Positions 46,770-59,367 of a DNA stretch of 64,000 nucleotides are shown here, piece after piece. Numbering within the stretch: the first letter of the stretch is position 1; each line of letters opens with the position of its first letter. The position numbers and the translations under genes were made by a program. The stretch is from Balamuthia mandrillaris. Its lineage: Eukaryota. The DNA lies in assembly GCA_031835245.2 (NCBI GenBank), contig JAVKOQ020000001.1, positions 62,001 through 126,000 of the forward strand, read 5' to 3'. Under the pieces are notes generated by a model. The model was given only the letters and a program-made list of their open reading frames with translations, had not been told where the DNA came from and ran no database searches.

Positions 46770-47467
46770 TCAAGGTTTGATGACGATGGTGCCGACAAGG
46801 GTTGGAGAGTCGAGAAGGCGATGAGCTTCTCGTATTTTTTCTAAAGGAAAGGCGTTGGCCACTCTGACTCGTATTTCTTCTTTTCGTATTTTCTCCAGCA
46901 GTTCCTCCAAAATATCTTTTGTTTGTTTGTATGGTGTTTGTTATTTCGGCAACAACATAGAGAAGTAAGCAACGTACGTAAATAACGTCCTTGTTGAAGT
47001 GGAGAGAGCAACCACGTTTGCTCAAACAGAAAGCTGAGAGACGCTCCACGAAGATATAACAAACGTGTCGTCGGTGGATCCAGCTATTATTTTGTTGGGG
47101 CAAGAAAGAATGAAACGGTGAAACGGACACAACGAATAACTAAGAAAGAAAAACGAACCTGCAAATAGGAAGACGCAACCCATCGACCGTGAACTGCTAA
47201 ACAACGAACAAGTTCATCGTTCTTGTAACGTGCTTTTGCCTCATCATTTTCATCTTCATTTTGATCCTGTTTTCCTTTTGGAGAAGATAGAGAATTGGAA
47301 GAAGCGGAGGAAGGAGGATCGATGGCAGGAGGAGATTCCACTCGATGGGATTCTACGAGAATGTCAACGCCTAAACCGCCCGTTTCGTCCATTACAGCAT
47401 TGAAAAGATTTTCTGTACTTGTGTCTATTATTCTATCTATCCTTTTGTTTAAAGAAGTTTAATAAAT

Positions 47468-47509
<42 letters not shown>

Positions 47510-48876
47510 AAATGTACTTTGTGGATAGATTTTGAAGAAATGTGAATTCTTCAGGAGAGGATGCTGTTGTGATGATCTTGGCGCCCCACAAACCAGCCAA
47601 TTGAACTGCCAAATGGCCATATGTCGATGCTCCTTATTTTGTTATGATAAGTCGTTCGGTTTAAAAAAAGCTTATCAGCACCAACACCAAAGAAATGATA
47701 GAACGTAAAGGGGAAAGAAAGGAAGATAAACATGTACCATCAAGGATAAGAACAGAGTCGCCGGGGACCAAGTGAGCATGATAGTGCAACGCAGTGTAGG
47801 CTCGAATACCTCCAATCAACGCGCCTGCTGCCTCCTCAAAACTGATCTCGGCTGGTTTCTTCGCTTTATTGTGTTACTAAGTTATGAGTCTCCAACAAAA
47901 GAAAGAAAAGAAATCGACAACGAAAACCTAAGTAGGCACTATCGATGGCCACATACTCAGCGTTGCCACCTCCGCTGTCCATCGGAATCACACCTGTAAC
48001 ACAAAGCCAACTCGATATTAGTCACAAGAGAACACGGTTTTGGACACAGATAGATACGAGAGAGATACGAGCACAGGAGGGAGGACATGAAAGCCGATCG
48101 CAGGTGAGCAACAGCAAAACAGAAAACGTTAAAGAAGCGGGTAAAGAGAAGAAGCAGAAGCAAAGAAGAAGAAGAAGAAGAAGAAGAAGAAGAAGAAGAA
48201 GAAGCAAGAAGAAGAACAAGACGAAGAAGAAGAAGAAGAAGAAGAAGAAGAAGAAGAAGAAGAACAAGAAGAAGAACAAGAACAAGAACAAGAACAAGAA
48301 CAAGAACAAGAACAAGAACAAGAAGAACAAGAACAAGAAAGCAGCGCATTTAAAAAAAGACAAACCAACCACTTCTTCGCCAGAGCGAAGATGTTCCACC
48401 TCCAAGCCCAAAGAAGAGACCACCCCAGCGATGGCGTAGCCGAGAATGGCGGGCGGCCGCACGAACGCCTGGTGGTGGCCTTTCCTGGCCTCCCTGTCCA
48501 ACGGCGTTACCGCGCAGGCCTTCACTCGCACCAGCACCTGGTTGGGCGCTATCGTTGGTTGAGGATGCTGCAAGCAAGCAAGCAAGCAAGAAGAAAAAGA
48601 AACAAGTCAGTGAACAAAAAATAAAATAAATAGAAGGAGATGGGGTGGGGTGGTAAGAGAGAGAAAAGAGGGAGACGGCCGCTGCTCATCAGCAAATACA
48701 TTTTTCAGAAAGATGAAGCCCTCTTCGTTGCCAAGGCTGGTGAGGGATACGATTCGCATGGCGGGTGTGGTGGCATGGTGGTTGTCTTTTGCGGTTGTTG
48801 CTGAAGGGGAGCCGGCGGGGCTGAGCGTGTCTTGCTGCTGCTGGGGTCGTCGGGCCGCTTCTTGGCCACCGTTCAT
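46770..48876 (-). CDS. CRYZL1: Quinone oxidoreductase-like protein 1 (zeta-crystallin-like, MDR fold); multi-exon
   Basis: VLVRVKACAV..GYAIAGVV, ETGGLGVDI, LAVHGRWV..LQ|LDPP and YLRGASLSFLFEQTWLLSPLQQGRY match the CRYZL1 pattern. Confidence 0.75.
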
Positions 48877-49079
48877 CCTCTTTTTACTCTTGTTTTTGTT
48901 TTCTCTCTATTTTTGTGGACAAATAATTGGTTACTTATTTTCAATAATATCAACTTTTATACCATTTTCTCGTAATTTTGTTAATTATCCGCAAATATTG
49001 TTCACTATCGCAGCGAAAGGCTAACCCTAACCCTAACCTTAATTCAGATGCTATATTAAATATAAGGCCACAAAGAAAG

Positions 49080-50243
49080 ATGGAGAGCAAGCTGTTCTTT
49101 GACGTTAACGACTTTCGTGCCAGCACACAAGAGGCCTTCTTCAGCGCCAACCCCATCGACGGCAACCTCTTCCTCTCTTTGATCTCTCCTGACAGTCCGT
49201 TCCCTCCGCCTGATCTCATGCTTTGCGTGCAAACGAGCGGCGCCGAGGCTAAGGTGGTCGCGGTGGCGCTCGTTTCGCCTTCTCATAACTTGTTGCTTGC
49301 TTTGGATAAGTCTTTCCTTCAAGAAGAAGCAGAAGCACAAGAAAACGACGGATTAAAGCTTGACAAGGTGCTTGATTGCATTGGTAGAACTTTAAAGGAG
49401 GCAATGACCAGTTCTTCCTCGTCTTCGGTCATTGTAAGTCATGTAGCTCAGCTGTCGGCCTCTTCCACGTTAAGCTCGAAGTTTATTTCAAGAATGTCCG
49501 CTCTCAACTTCCTCTCTTCCTCTTCGCTTGCAATGTCTCAGACTTTATACCTGTTCAACACCTCATCATTTGCTTCTTCTCCTTCAACAACAGAAACAGA
49601 AGAAGAAATGGAGTTACGTTTTGCGGTACTAAGAGAAGAAGAGGAGGTGAAAGAGGTTGCTCCTCACTATCGTGACTTCCTCTTTGAAGCGTGGCACCAA
49701 CAACGACTCGTCTCTTTGGAAGAGGCTCATCATCGGGTCTCCAGACCGGCTAAATCCGGTTTACTCGTCGCGTTGACCGCCGTTTCTTCTGCTTCTTCTT
49801 CTTCTTCGTTGAATGGTAAAGAAAAGAAGCGTAAAGAAGAGATTGCATGCTTCTGTACGATGGCTAGATGCACAGATTCGTTGTATCGAGTGACGTGTTT
49901 GTATTGCTTGCCAGAGTACCGCAAGCGTGGACTGGGAACTCGCCTCATGCGAGAAACGTTGGACTATATGTTTGGACGAAAAGAGAACAGCTTCAAACCT
50001 CTTTCTTCTTCTTCTTCTTCTTGTTCTTCTTCTTCTTCTTCTTCTTCTTCTTCTTCTTGTTCTTCTTCTTCTTCTTCTTCCGCTTCTGCTCTGCAGGAAG
50101 AAGAGATGGTAAGAGGAAGACAGTTGATCCTGTATGCAGACAAAGAAAGCGCAGCAGCGAACGCGGTCTACTTAAAGGCGGGATTCACTGCCTACTGCGC
50201 CTTCGAAGTGCATGACCTACAGTGGAATGTGCCTTCTTCTTGA
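49080..50243 (+). CDS. GNAT-family acetyltransferase, intronless
   Basis: C-terminal VTCLYCLPEYRKRGLGTRLM (motif A) and LYADKESAAANAVYLKAGF (motif B). Confidence 0.8.
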   Translation: MESKLFFDVNDFRASTQEAFFSANPIDGNLFLSLISPDSPFPPPDLMLCVQTSGAEAKVVAVALVSPSHNLLLALDKSFLQEEAEAQENDGLKLDKVLDCIGRTLKEAMTSSSSSSVIVSHVAQLSASSTLSSKFISRMSALNFLSSSSLAMSQTLYLFNTSSFASSPSTTETEEEMELRFAVLREEEEVKEVAPHYRDFLFEAWHQQRLVSLEEAHHRVSRPAKSGLLVALTAVSSASSSSSLNGKEKKRKEEIACFCTMARCTDSLYRVTCLYCLPEYRKRGLGTRLMRETLDYMFGRKENSFKPLSSSSSSCSSSSSSSSSSSCSSSSSSSASALQEEEMVRGRQLILYADKESAAANAVYLKAGFTAYCAFEVHDLQWNVPSS

Positions 50244-50301
50244 AATCCTTCTCTTTTGGAGCCAAAAGAAAAAAAAAGCATTACCATTACAAAAAAAACA
50301 A

Positions 50302-50324
50302 CGAGTAAGAGCGGGATTCGAACC
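50302..50324 (-). other. Isolated tRNA 3'-fragment / B-box followed by oligo-T
   Basis: The minus strand reads GGTTCGAATCCCGCTCTTACTCG then TTGTTTTTTTT. No matching 5' half or cloverleaf is found. Confidence 0.4.
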
Positions 50325-50466
50325 GAAGGCAAATTAGGCGAAAATGGAAAGATATTATTTGTCGACGCGCCTCTTCAGTCAACAACGAAGAGCACCGGAG
50401 AAACACGACACGGACGTTAACGCTGCTTTGAAAGTTTGAATGAGGTAAGGGACGCGCAAGGACAGG

Positions 50467-52571
50467 ATGAGTCGAAAGTTAGCAGGAACCGATCACGTGG
50501 TTCACTTCGGAGAGAGCATCGGAGGGGGTGGCAACGTGGGAGTCGGATTGGAAGGCCGGCGAACATCACTGGTCACTCTGCTTCGGCACTTTCGGTGGTG
50601 GCTGGTGTTGGCGATCTCGTTTATCCTCGTATGGTTGGTGGCGTTGCATAGACTCACCCCAGGGGAGAGCTCCTGGCCCGGGATGAACCTAGCGCAAAAG
50701 CGGATACTACTTCCACGGAGCGACCACAAAGGCACAAGCACAAACGAACTAAAAGAAACAAACAAAGAAGAACTCAACAATAACCATGCGCCAAGTAACG
50801 CTGTTCCTCTATTTTTCCCAGTACTTTGGTAGCTGACTGATTCTATCCTCTTTGCAAGCTTATGAGGAGACAAATGATGAGCCTCTACCGAGAGCGTTTC
50901 CAGTTCTGCTCTCCAACTCAAACTGCGGTCAAAGAGACGATCCAGAGCAGTTCTTCTGCGTCAATATGTGTGATTTGAGCTGCAAGAAGCAACGACCGAA
51001 AGAGGAGGCCATGCCGATTGCTGAGGCAGAAAAAGAGTGGCTCCTGTTCCGGAGAAACCTAACCTATCCGCCTGTTGTAGTCGGCTATCCAAAGTTTATT
51101 GTGGAGGAGGACAGAACGGCATTTCTGGCGATGTATCAGGTGAAGGACTACATTAAGGAGCATAGTTTTAGCGAATGCATCAACCACTTGGGTAATACGT
51201 CTACGTTCTTCTTGTTTGTTCTGCTCCTTATTCTCATGATCTTTCGTTTCAAAACAAAACAGGTGAAGTAACATGCAAACGGATAAACTCATCTGGAAAG
51301 TACGACGCATCCAATAACTTGCTCTTCTCCAGCAAAAAGTTCCTTCACGGAGAGGTTTCTCTACTGCGTAACGCTTTCTATAACGGCGCCCCAGACGCCA
51401 ACTTTGGCAAGATGCAGTGCGGTCCCGGCTCTGACTACCACTGGCTCAAACCAGCTTCTTCCAAACCACCTTCACGCTCCAGTCCTCAAGCGGTGGAGAA
51501 GATGGTGGTGCTTTGTGGCCCGCAAACATATGCCTTTCAGCATTGGATAGACAGAGGATTGTCCAAGTTGGTTCAGGTTTGGGATTGGGTGTCGCAGAAC
51601 CCAACAGCCAAGGTACTAGCCAGCGGCCAACGACAAGCTGTTGTGAACGACTTGTGGCAACGATCTGGTTACGCTCTTTCTTTCTTATCTATTTAACTTT
51701 TCCTCTTATGTACTTTTTCTCCTTCTCTCTCTCTCTCTCTCTCTCTTTCTCTTTCTCTTTCTCTTTCTCTTTCTCTTTCTCTTTCTCTTTCTCTTTCTCT
51801 TTCTCTCTTTCAACAATTAGGGGTGGAAAAGACACGGCTGGTAGATGTGAATCAAGCTACTGGAACAGTGATCACAGAGGAGCTGGTCTTTCCCTGCGTG
51901 GCACCTCACTACCATCCAATCGTCTATCAGGAAGCTCGCCGAAGACTGGGAATACTGGACATACCTTCAAAGTCCAATGTAAGAAACAAAGTGGTGTATT
52001 TGAGTCGCAATGTTGGGAAAAACACTGGAAGAAAGGTTCTTAATGAAAACAATGTTCGGTGAGCTATTCCTTCTCTTGTTCTGGCGTTTCTTTGTCAAAC
52101 CTAACTGTACCTTCCTTTCTGCATTCAGAGCTGCACTGACCAACTTTTTTGCCGACCGAAGAGAGGAGCTGGTCATCTTTGACCACTCCCAATTCCCTTC
52201 CCTCTCCTCCGTCATAGGATGGTTCAACAACAACGCCATCGCCCTGATAGGCCCTCACGGAGGCGCCTTTTACAACATGTTCTACTGTGCGGCAGACACG
52301 TTGGTGGTGGAGTTCTTTCCGTATCACGGGAGTGCTAGTGACAAAGGCAAAACATCGGGAATAAGATTCCCTGGAGGCACATGGTGGCCCGCTATGTTCA
52401 CTGGAATGAATTACTATCAGGTTAGTTTCGCTCTCTCTGCTCTCTCGCAAAGGAAAGAGGTGGCTAAGCGTATGTACCAAAAAGGTGCCGGTTCAGTCTG
52501 CAAGTGCTGGAGACATCGTGATACCGATAGAGAAGATGCTGCAAATCCTGGACAAGGAGCTAACGGGCTGA
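50467..52571 (+). CDS. Type II membrane glycosyltransferase family 61 (EOGT/POMGNT2/xylan arabinosyltransferase-like); multi-exon
   Basis: N-terminal TM, YAFQHWIDRGL, VVYLSRN..GRKVLNE and LIGPHGGAFYNMFYC..VVEFFP. Confidence 0.75.
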
Positions 52572-52738
52572 ATGGGTAATGGGCCAACTGGTTAGCTCTA
52601 TAACGTCTGCCCAATCACAATTCAGAACGTCGTTTGATCGAGTATCCTTGTTTGGTAATAGCGTGCCTTTTGATCTATCTGTGTTGTTTGTGAGAAAGTA
52701 AGAGTTTGGAAGCAAAAACAACCACCAGGAAAGTGAAG

Positions 52739-53743
52739 ATGAGGCTGCTGTCTCAAGGCTTCCCGTTGGTCATGTTTTGGGTCGGCCTAGGGTTAGGCTT
52801 GAGCTTTGGTTATTTCGACGTGTTCTCTTCAAGACCTTCGTCCTCTTCTTCGTCATCAGCTCCTTCCTTTTCAGCGTTTTCTGAACCCGCTTTCTCGTCA
52901 CCTCCAACCGTGAACACCCGGGAATACGAACCTCCGATCACAGCACAACCACATCACCCTCCTCCCCAGAAGCACCTGCATCAGCAAGCACAAATAAGCG
53001 CCTCGATCGTCAGCCAACTACAAGCTTATCTCGATGCGTCCCGTGGTGGAGCCCCCTCTCTTCCTTATCTCTCTCCCCCTGGCACTCCTCCAAAGGTGTT
53101 TGGTCTAGGCCTCTCTAAAACTGGCACCACTTCTCTCAAAGAAGCGTTGCAGGTTTTGGGAGTGAACTGCCACAAACAAACTGGAATCATGAACGACGTC
53201 TTCACATCGCGGCACCAACCGTTCAGCATCGACGTCATCCGACGCTTTGACCAGCTCGAGTCAGTGACCGACCTGCCGCTACCCTACTTCTTTGAGGAAC
53301 TGGCCTTCATCTATCCTGATGCCCAATTCGTGTTGACCGTTCGTGATCCTGCTTCTTGGTGGAGATCCTTCGAAGCTCACATCCAGCGAAACAAAATCAG
53401 TTCGTCTGGTAGTACGGAAGGAGTTCGGCAGAACCTCAGGATCCTTCACTATGGGGGCGTTAATCCATCACAGTACGTGGCTGTGAAGGCGTTTCTCCGG
53501 CACAACCAGCTTGTACAGTCGCTCATTCCGCCAGAGCGGCTCCTGGTGTTGGATGTCGCGAAGGAAGGAGAGACAGGAGAAGCTTTCGCAAAGCTTTGCA
53601 GGTTTTTAGGGGTGGCGGAGAGCAAGTGTCCTTCGGGGGCATTTCCTCATGCAAACCAGATGCCCAGTAGGCAAAAGAATGAAGGCTTGAGAGAGGGAAG
53701 GGACGGCAGGAGAGGAAGAGATGAGGATGATGAAGATATCTAG
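52739..53743 (+). CDS. Type II membrane sulfotransferase-family protein (P-loop, Sulfotransfer_4-like); 3' end uncertain
   Basis: KVFGLGLSKTGTTSLKEALQVLG (PAPS-binding loop), TDLP, YPDAQFVLTVRDPASWWRS, HNQLV..IPPERLLV and LCRFLG..FPHAN. Confidence 0.8.
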   Translation: MRLLSQGFPLVMFWVGLGLGLSFGYFDVFSSRPSSSSSSSAPSFSAFSEPAFSSPPTVNTREYEPPITAQPHHPPPQKHLHQQAQISASIVSQLQAYLDASRGGAPSLPYLSPPGTPPKVFGLGLSKTGTTSLKEALQVLGVNCHKQTGIMNDVFTSRHQPFSIDVIRRFDQLESVTDLPLPYFFEELAFIYPDAQFVLTVRDPASWWRSFEAHIQRNKISSSGSTEGVRQNLRILHYGGVNPSQYVAVKAFLRHNQLVQSLIPPERLLVLDVAKEGETGEAFAKLCRFLGVAESKCPSGAFPHANQMPSRQKNEGLREGRDGRRGRDEDDEDI

Positions 53744-54385
53744 TGTGAGGGAAGCTACAGAGGTTGATAAAGAGGAAGCCGGAAGAACAGACAGGAATCA
53801 AGGGAAGTGTCAAGGAATCTATGATGATGAAACAACAGGAAGCATCATAACACAAACTTTCGTCATATCGCACCTCTCTTTCTCGTATCTAATTCTTTTG
53901 CTCTCTTTCTCTGTCTCTCTCCCTTTCGTTCTCTCGCGTGTATCGTAAGTTCACAATGCTGAAGAATTTTTTCCTCTGAAAAGTTTTTATATCTGGTTGC
54001 CGACATATCACTCTCATCTAGAGCACAGGCGGGAACTCCTTGCATGCCAATGCTCCACCTGTACCTTGAAGCTGTGAGGAAACTTCTCTCTGCAGAACAA
54101 AAGACTTACGCTCTACCCCAGGGATATTAGGTAAAGTCTGAATATTGGGGTTATTGCGATGTCGTCCAACCATGCCTGCTTGTTCTCTTCGCTGTCACCA
54201 TCAAAGAAGATATTTGTGAGCAGCGGAGAGAGAGAGAGGACCTTCATAACGTTATCCAATCACTTTTCAAAGAGATTGATCTTAATCTACCGTGACGTGT
54301 GCCAAACGGAATTTTAAACATGTAAAGAATGTTCCCATTCAAAAAAAAAAAGAAAGAAAAAAATTAGAAAAGAAAAGAAAATAAA

Positions 54386-57300
54386 ATGGAACCCAACAGC
54401 GGAGGCGCGAGTGGCCCTCCTCCTCCTTCCCACACTCCTCTCTTCCTCCCTCATCATCACTCCCACCCCCACGCTCTTTCGCCCTCTCCCTTGCTGGCGG
54501 CCTCGAATCCCTACGCTCACGCTCACGCCCTCTTCTCTCCCGCGGCCTCCACGCCCACCACCCCCGCCGCCGCCCCTCACCATCATCCTCCTCCGCACCC
54601 CCAATTTTTCCTTCGCTCCAAGCTTAGGCTGCACGTCTGCATCCCGGTCTTTGCCAAGCAGTTCCTGCTGGTGGAGGCCCGCGGCAGAGCGTTGAGGGAG
54701 CTGAAGGCCAGCGTCGAGGGCCAGTTTGCGAAGCTCTACCCGCAGGCCGCCCCGCTGCACGTCCATCGGCTGCGCGATCTGAACCACTCTGACTTAGGTT
54801 CGTCTCTTTTTTTTTCTTCTCCATTTTTTTCATTTTATATTTATATTCATATTTATTTTATATTTATTTATTTATTTTTTATATTTTTATTTCGTTATTT
54901 TAAAATTTTTTTATGTTTATTTATATTTATTTTATATTTATTTTATATTTTTATGAAAAAAATAACGTTCCTGTTTTGTAGATTGGGAGCTGGCCATCGA
55001 GGAGGTCTTTGAAGATAACTCCTTTGTGGTGGTGGTCACGGAGGAGGAAGTCGCTGACGCTCAAAGCGAGCATGAGGGCGGCCAACACCTGCTGCTCCCC
55101 GCTTCCTCCGCTTCATCTTTCTATGCCTCTCCGCTTGCTTCTCCATCTTCGTTTTCTTCTCCGTTTGTTTCTCCTTCGCAACTTCATCACCCTCATTTCT
55201 CTTTTCTTTCGCAACAGCATCAACAAAATAACGGCTCAACTCTCTTTCGAACTCCGTTAAATGTTCGCTCAGCAAAAAGAAAGAGAGTGTCAACGTCTCC
55301 CACAACTACAAAAGCTGTCGCTACGTCTCCTTCAAATTTAGTTTCTGCTTCAAATGGAACAGCTGAAGCAGAAAAAGAAGTGAGAGAAGAACGAGACGAA
55401 GAGGAGGAGGAGGAAGAAGAAGCAGAGCAAGAAGAAGAGATAGCTTCGCCGTCGAGTTTAGTTGTCACGAAACGAGCGAGAAAGAACGGTGAAGAACCAC
55501 CTAAACAACAAGAACAAGAGATGGAGAAAAGGGAAACACAAAGGAAGACGACTAAAAGAACAGAGACTGAAACGTGTGCCAAACGAATTTTGGAAGATGG
55601 AGAAGATGACGAACAAGAAGCGAAAGAACAAAAACGAAAAGCAAAAGAAAAAGAGGAAGAAGAAAAATTGGCCGAAGAAAAGAGAAAGAAGGAAGAGGCA
55701 GAGAGAAAGAAGAAGGAAGAGGTGGAGAACGAGAAACGAAGGAAAGAAGAAGAGAAAGAGAAACGAAAGAAAGAAGAGGAAGAAGAGAAAAGAAGAATAG
55801 AAGAAGAGGAAGAACAAAAAAGAAAACAAGAAGAAGAACGCAAGAGAACAGAGGAGTTGGAACGAATAAAAAGAGAGGAAGAAGCTAAGAAAAAAGCGGA
55901 AGCGGAAGAAGCAAAGCGGAAAAAAGCTGAAGAGTTAGAACGAAAGAAAAAGGAAAGAGAAGAGAGAAAACGAATACGGGAAGAAGAACGTCAAAAAAAA
56001 CTAGAAGAAGCGAAACGAAAGAAGGAAGAAGAAGCAGAGCGAAAGAGACAAGAAGAGGAAGAAAGATTAAAGAAAGAAGCCGAAGAAAAGAAAAAGAAGG
56101 AAGAAGAAATGCTAAGACAAGAAGAGGAAAGAGCGAAAAAGGCAGAAGAAGAAAGGAAAAAGAAGGAAGCAGAGGAAAGAGAGAAGGAAGAGCAAGAGAG
56201 AAAAAAGAAAGAAGAGGAAGAAAGAATTAAGAAAGCGGAAGAACAGAAGAATAAGGAAGAGGAAGCAAAGCGGAAGAAAGAAGAAGCCAGACAGAAGAAA
56301 GAAGAAGAAAAGCGTAAGCGAGAAGAAGAGCGGAAACGGAAGAGAGAAGAAGCCAGACTCAAGAAAGAGGAAGAAAAGCGCAAACGAGCCGAAGCAGCAG
56401 AACTGAAAAAGAAAGAAGAAGCGGAGCGCAAGCTTAAAGCGGCAGAAGAAGCGAAGCGAAAGAGAGAAGAAGAGGAAGCTAAAAAGAACAAGGAGGAGGA
56501 CGAAGAAAAACGTCTACAAGAGGAAGAACGACAAAGAAGGGAGGATGAACTGGCAAAGTATTGCAGAAAACCAAGTCAGAGGGTTCCAGAAGAGAAACTA
56601 GAAGAAATCCGACTAATTCTCCAACAACAACCAAAACGAAAAAGAAGAGAACCAAAAAAATCATCTTCACCAGGGAGTGAAGCGGAAGCAGAAGAAGACG
56701 ATGAAGAAGATCCGTTGTTATCTGCTTCTCAGCAGCAAGAGGAAATGGCCAGCGAGGGAATGGAAGTTGTGAACAACGACGAAGATGCCAACAAGGAAGA
56801 GAGTGAAGGTTCCAGCGAAGAGGAAGAAGAGGACGAAGAGGACGAAGAGGAAGAAGAGGAAGAAGACAATGAAGAGACACAACTAAGCGAAAGCCAAAAA
56901 AACGAATTGGAGGAGCGGTCGACCCAAACAAACATGAAGAGCGATCTCCCTCCTCCTCTTATTTTCGCCTCTCCTCCTTCATCATCTTCCTCCTCTTCCA
57001 AATCATCTTCCGACGACGGACTGAATCATGAAGAAGAAGATGATGATGATAGTGATGAAAGTGATGATGAAAGCTCTTCTGAAGAAGAGGAAGACGTTGC
57101 GTTCAAAGGGGTTCGCCTTACTCCTTCCAAACTCCCTCCAACAGCAATCACCAAAAGAGCGAAACAACCGCGCAAACGTGCTTCTCGTCGAACCAACACA
57201 AACAGCACAAAAGCAAACACATCCACAAAGAAGAAAACGGCTTCATCTGCTTCTTCCGAAACGCCAACGACTGCTTCTATCGCGACTCCAGCTCTCTCCA

Positions 57301-57386
57301 CTCCTTCTCTCATTCTCGCGAATCTCAACACCACTTTTCCAACACTCACGAAGACCTCGCGACGAACAGCGACGCGAAAGACGTAA
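54386..57386 (+). CDS. Protein with a Net1/Tof2/Dnt1-like N-terminal domain, long EK/ER coiled coil and acidic/basic tail; intron ~54798-54981
   Basis: LRLHV..KQFLL..LRELKASVEGQFAKLYPQ..LHVHRLRD..SDL|DWELAIEEVFEDNSFVVVV, followed by ~330 aa of E/K/R heptads. Confidence 0.65.
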
Positions 57387-57464
57387 AACGTTTTGTTGAA
57401 GCACCAAAAAGCATGCAAGCAAAATAAATAAGTTTTTCTTTTAAAAAAAAGAGAAAGAAAAGTG

Positions 57465-59086
57465 TTAGTCGAATTTGGGATAGAGCCACTCTTGGAAGCG
57501 ACGAGAATAGTATGTAGGTTCGACGGTGGATAAAGTTGCTTTGGGGCTGGCCAGAGCGGTTCGTTTCCAAAAGGAAGCCATTCTCTTCTTTACTGCGTAG
57601 TTGCAAAGAATGTCTATAATTCCTATCAAGTAAATTTCTTCTCCAGTTGATGATTTAACTTTTGGAAGAAAGTGAGACAGAAGCAAAGAAAGGAAGAGGC
57701 GAAGGAAGAAAGAAGACTTACTTCCACGAAGAAAGATATCCCTGTCGTCAAGTTGGAGTTCTGGTTCTTGTTCTCCTGTCTCGTCTTCGTTGCTAGCTTT
57801 GTGTTTTTTTAACTTTTTTGCAATTTTGTGGTGCAGCTTCTTATTCTTTTTCTTTTTCGTCCTCTTTGCGAGAGATGCAGCATCTTCGTCGTCATCTGTT
57901 TCATCTGTTTGAACCGAATGGATGCCCACCAATAAACTGTAATCCATAATACCTGCTGACTCCAATAACTGTAAAAATTCCTTAGCAAAGTTTTCAAAAG
58001 AGGTAACCAGAGAGAACGGAAAGAGGTGAAACAAACCTTGCAATCTTTTTCCATTTCTTCGAATAAAACCTGCTTAAGCTGCTCTCCTACATGAAATACA
58101 CGACCCGACTCCACGAAATCGACGTCTTTCAACACGTGACGCGGCTTCTTCTTCTCCTCTTCTGTCGCCTTTCGCTTCCGCGTTGCTCCCTTCAGATCGA
58201 ACACAAAGTCCAACCGAAGCGAAGCGGTGCTGAAGATGTTGTGTTGAATTACGACATGAAGCGGTGAAGCTCTTCCTCCTCCACCTCCTCCTCCTGAAAA
58301 GGCCAAACGGTAATGGCCCAACATTCGCGCCAACAAAGAGCGAGGGTTTTCTCTCATGTGCTTTATTATATCCACGCTTGGTGGATTAGCCATGAATTCA
58401 TGTCGACAAAGAAGAACGAAAGAAAGAAGAACGAACTTGATGGTAGCTGGGAAGAAGTCGTCGAAGAGCTTGGGACTCGGCCACGGGTAACGTTTTGAGG
58501 ATGAACCGTTGATCCTTTGAGAAAAGAAATAAACTTCCGCCTATTTTTCTAAAGTTTTTAGAAACGGGTTGGAAAGAAACACACGGGGAGAGAAAGTTTA
58601 CTTTTGCCACTAAGCCCTTTCTGCAACGAGGAGGACTCATTTTCGATCAACGTTTCCTTCCACGAGCTCTGTTATTTTTTTAAAAAAAATTAAGGAAAAA
58701 AAAACAGAAAGGGAGGAGATAAGGTGTACCACATAATCAGAGGCAGAGAAACCAAACATTTGGCGCAGCGAGGTGTAAGCAACCGGTGAGTAGGCCTTTA
58801 TCACCATTTTTGATTTTAAATCGGTTGTCCTATTGTTGTTATTATTTTAAAAAAAAAACAATTAAAAGAAAAAGAGGAAAAGAGATTAATCTAAAGAAAA
58901 AACAAACCGACTTTTGTAAATGTGTTTCTCACGAAAGATATCTTTGCGCTCCTCCATCTCTTCTCCTTCTTCTTCTTCTATTTCGTTGACTGAGTAGAGA
59001 AAGGCTTTCATGAGCGCTTGGCTCAGCAAACTCGCTGCCGCCTCTCTGTTTGGCCGAACAGCCTCTCCTCCTCTGTCTTCTTCCAT
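57465..59086 (-). CDS. Phosphatidylinositol-phosphate kinase (PIP5K family); multi-exon
   Basis: GSLFLFSKDQRFILKT, SLLARMLG, FDLKGA, LKDVDF, IMDYSLLVG, GIIDIL and STVEPTYYSRRF. Confidence 0.85.
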
Positions 59087-59367
59087 CTTTCGAATTTTTT
59101 TTCATTCATTTTTTTGAATTAAATGAGAGCATTCTTTGCATTTCTCGCATATTTCAAATATTTAGCATTTCACAACGATGATTGAGGGGTTAATCTTTTC
59201 TTACTCGAGGAGTCATTTATTCACACTTAAAATTCATCTCTACATCATTTGCAGCGAAGAAGAACAGAGAGAAAAGAAGCAGAGAGAGAGGAAGAAATAA
59301 AAGAACAAGGCATATAGAAATAAACGAAAAGATGGTTGTCATGGATTGCGCCGTAAACGCTTCCTGC

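Noticed and set aside
50290..50390. Full tRNA gene
   Set aside because: Only the T-loop and 3' portion are present, with no pairing acceptor 5' strand, D arm or anticodon arm.
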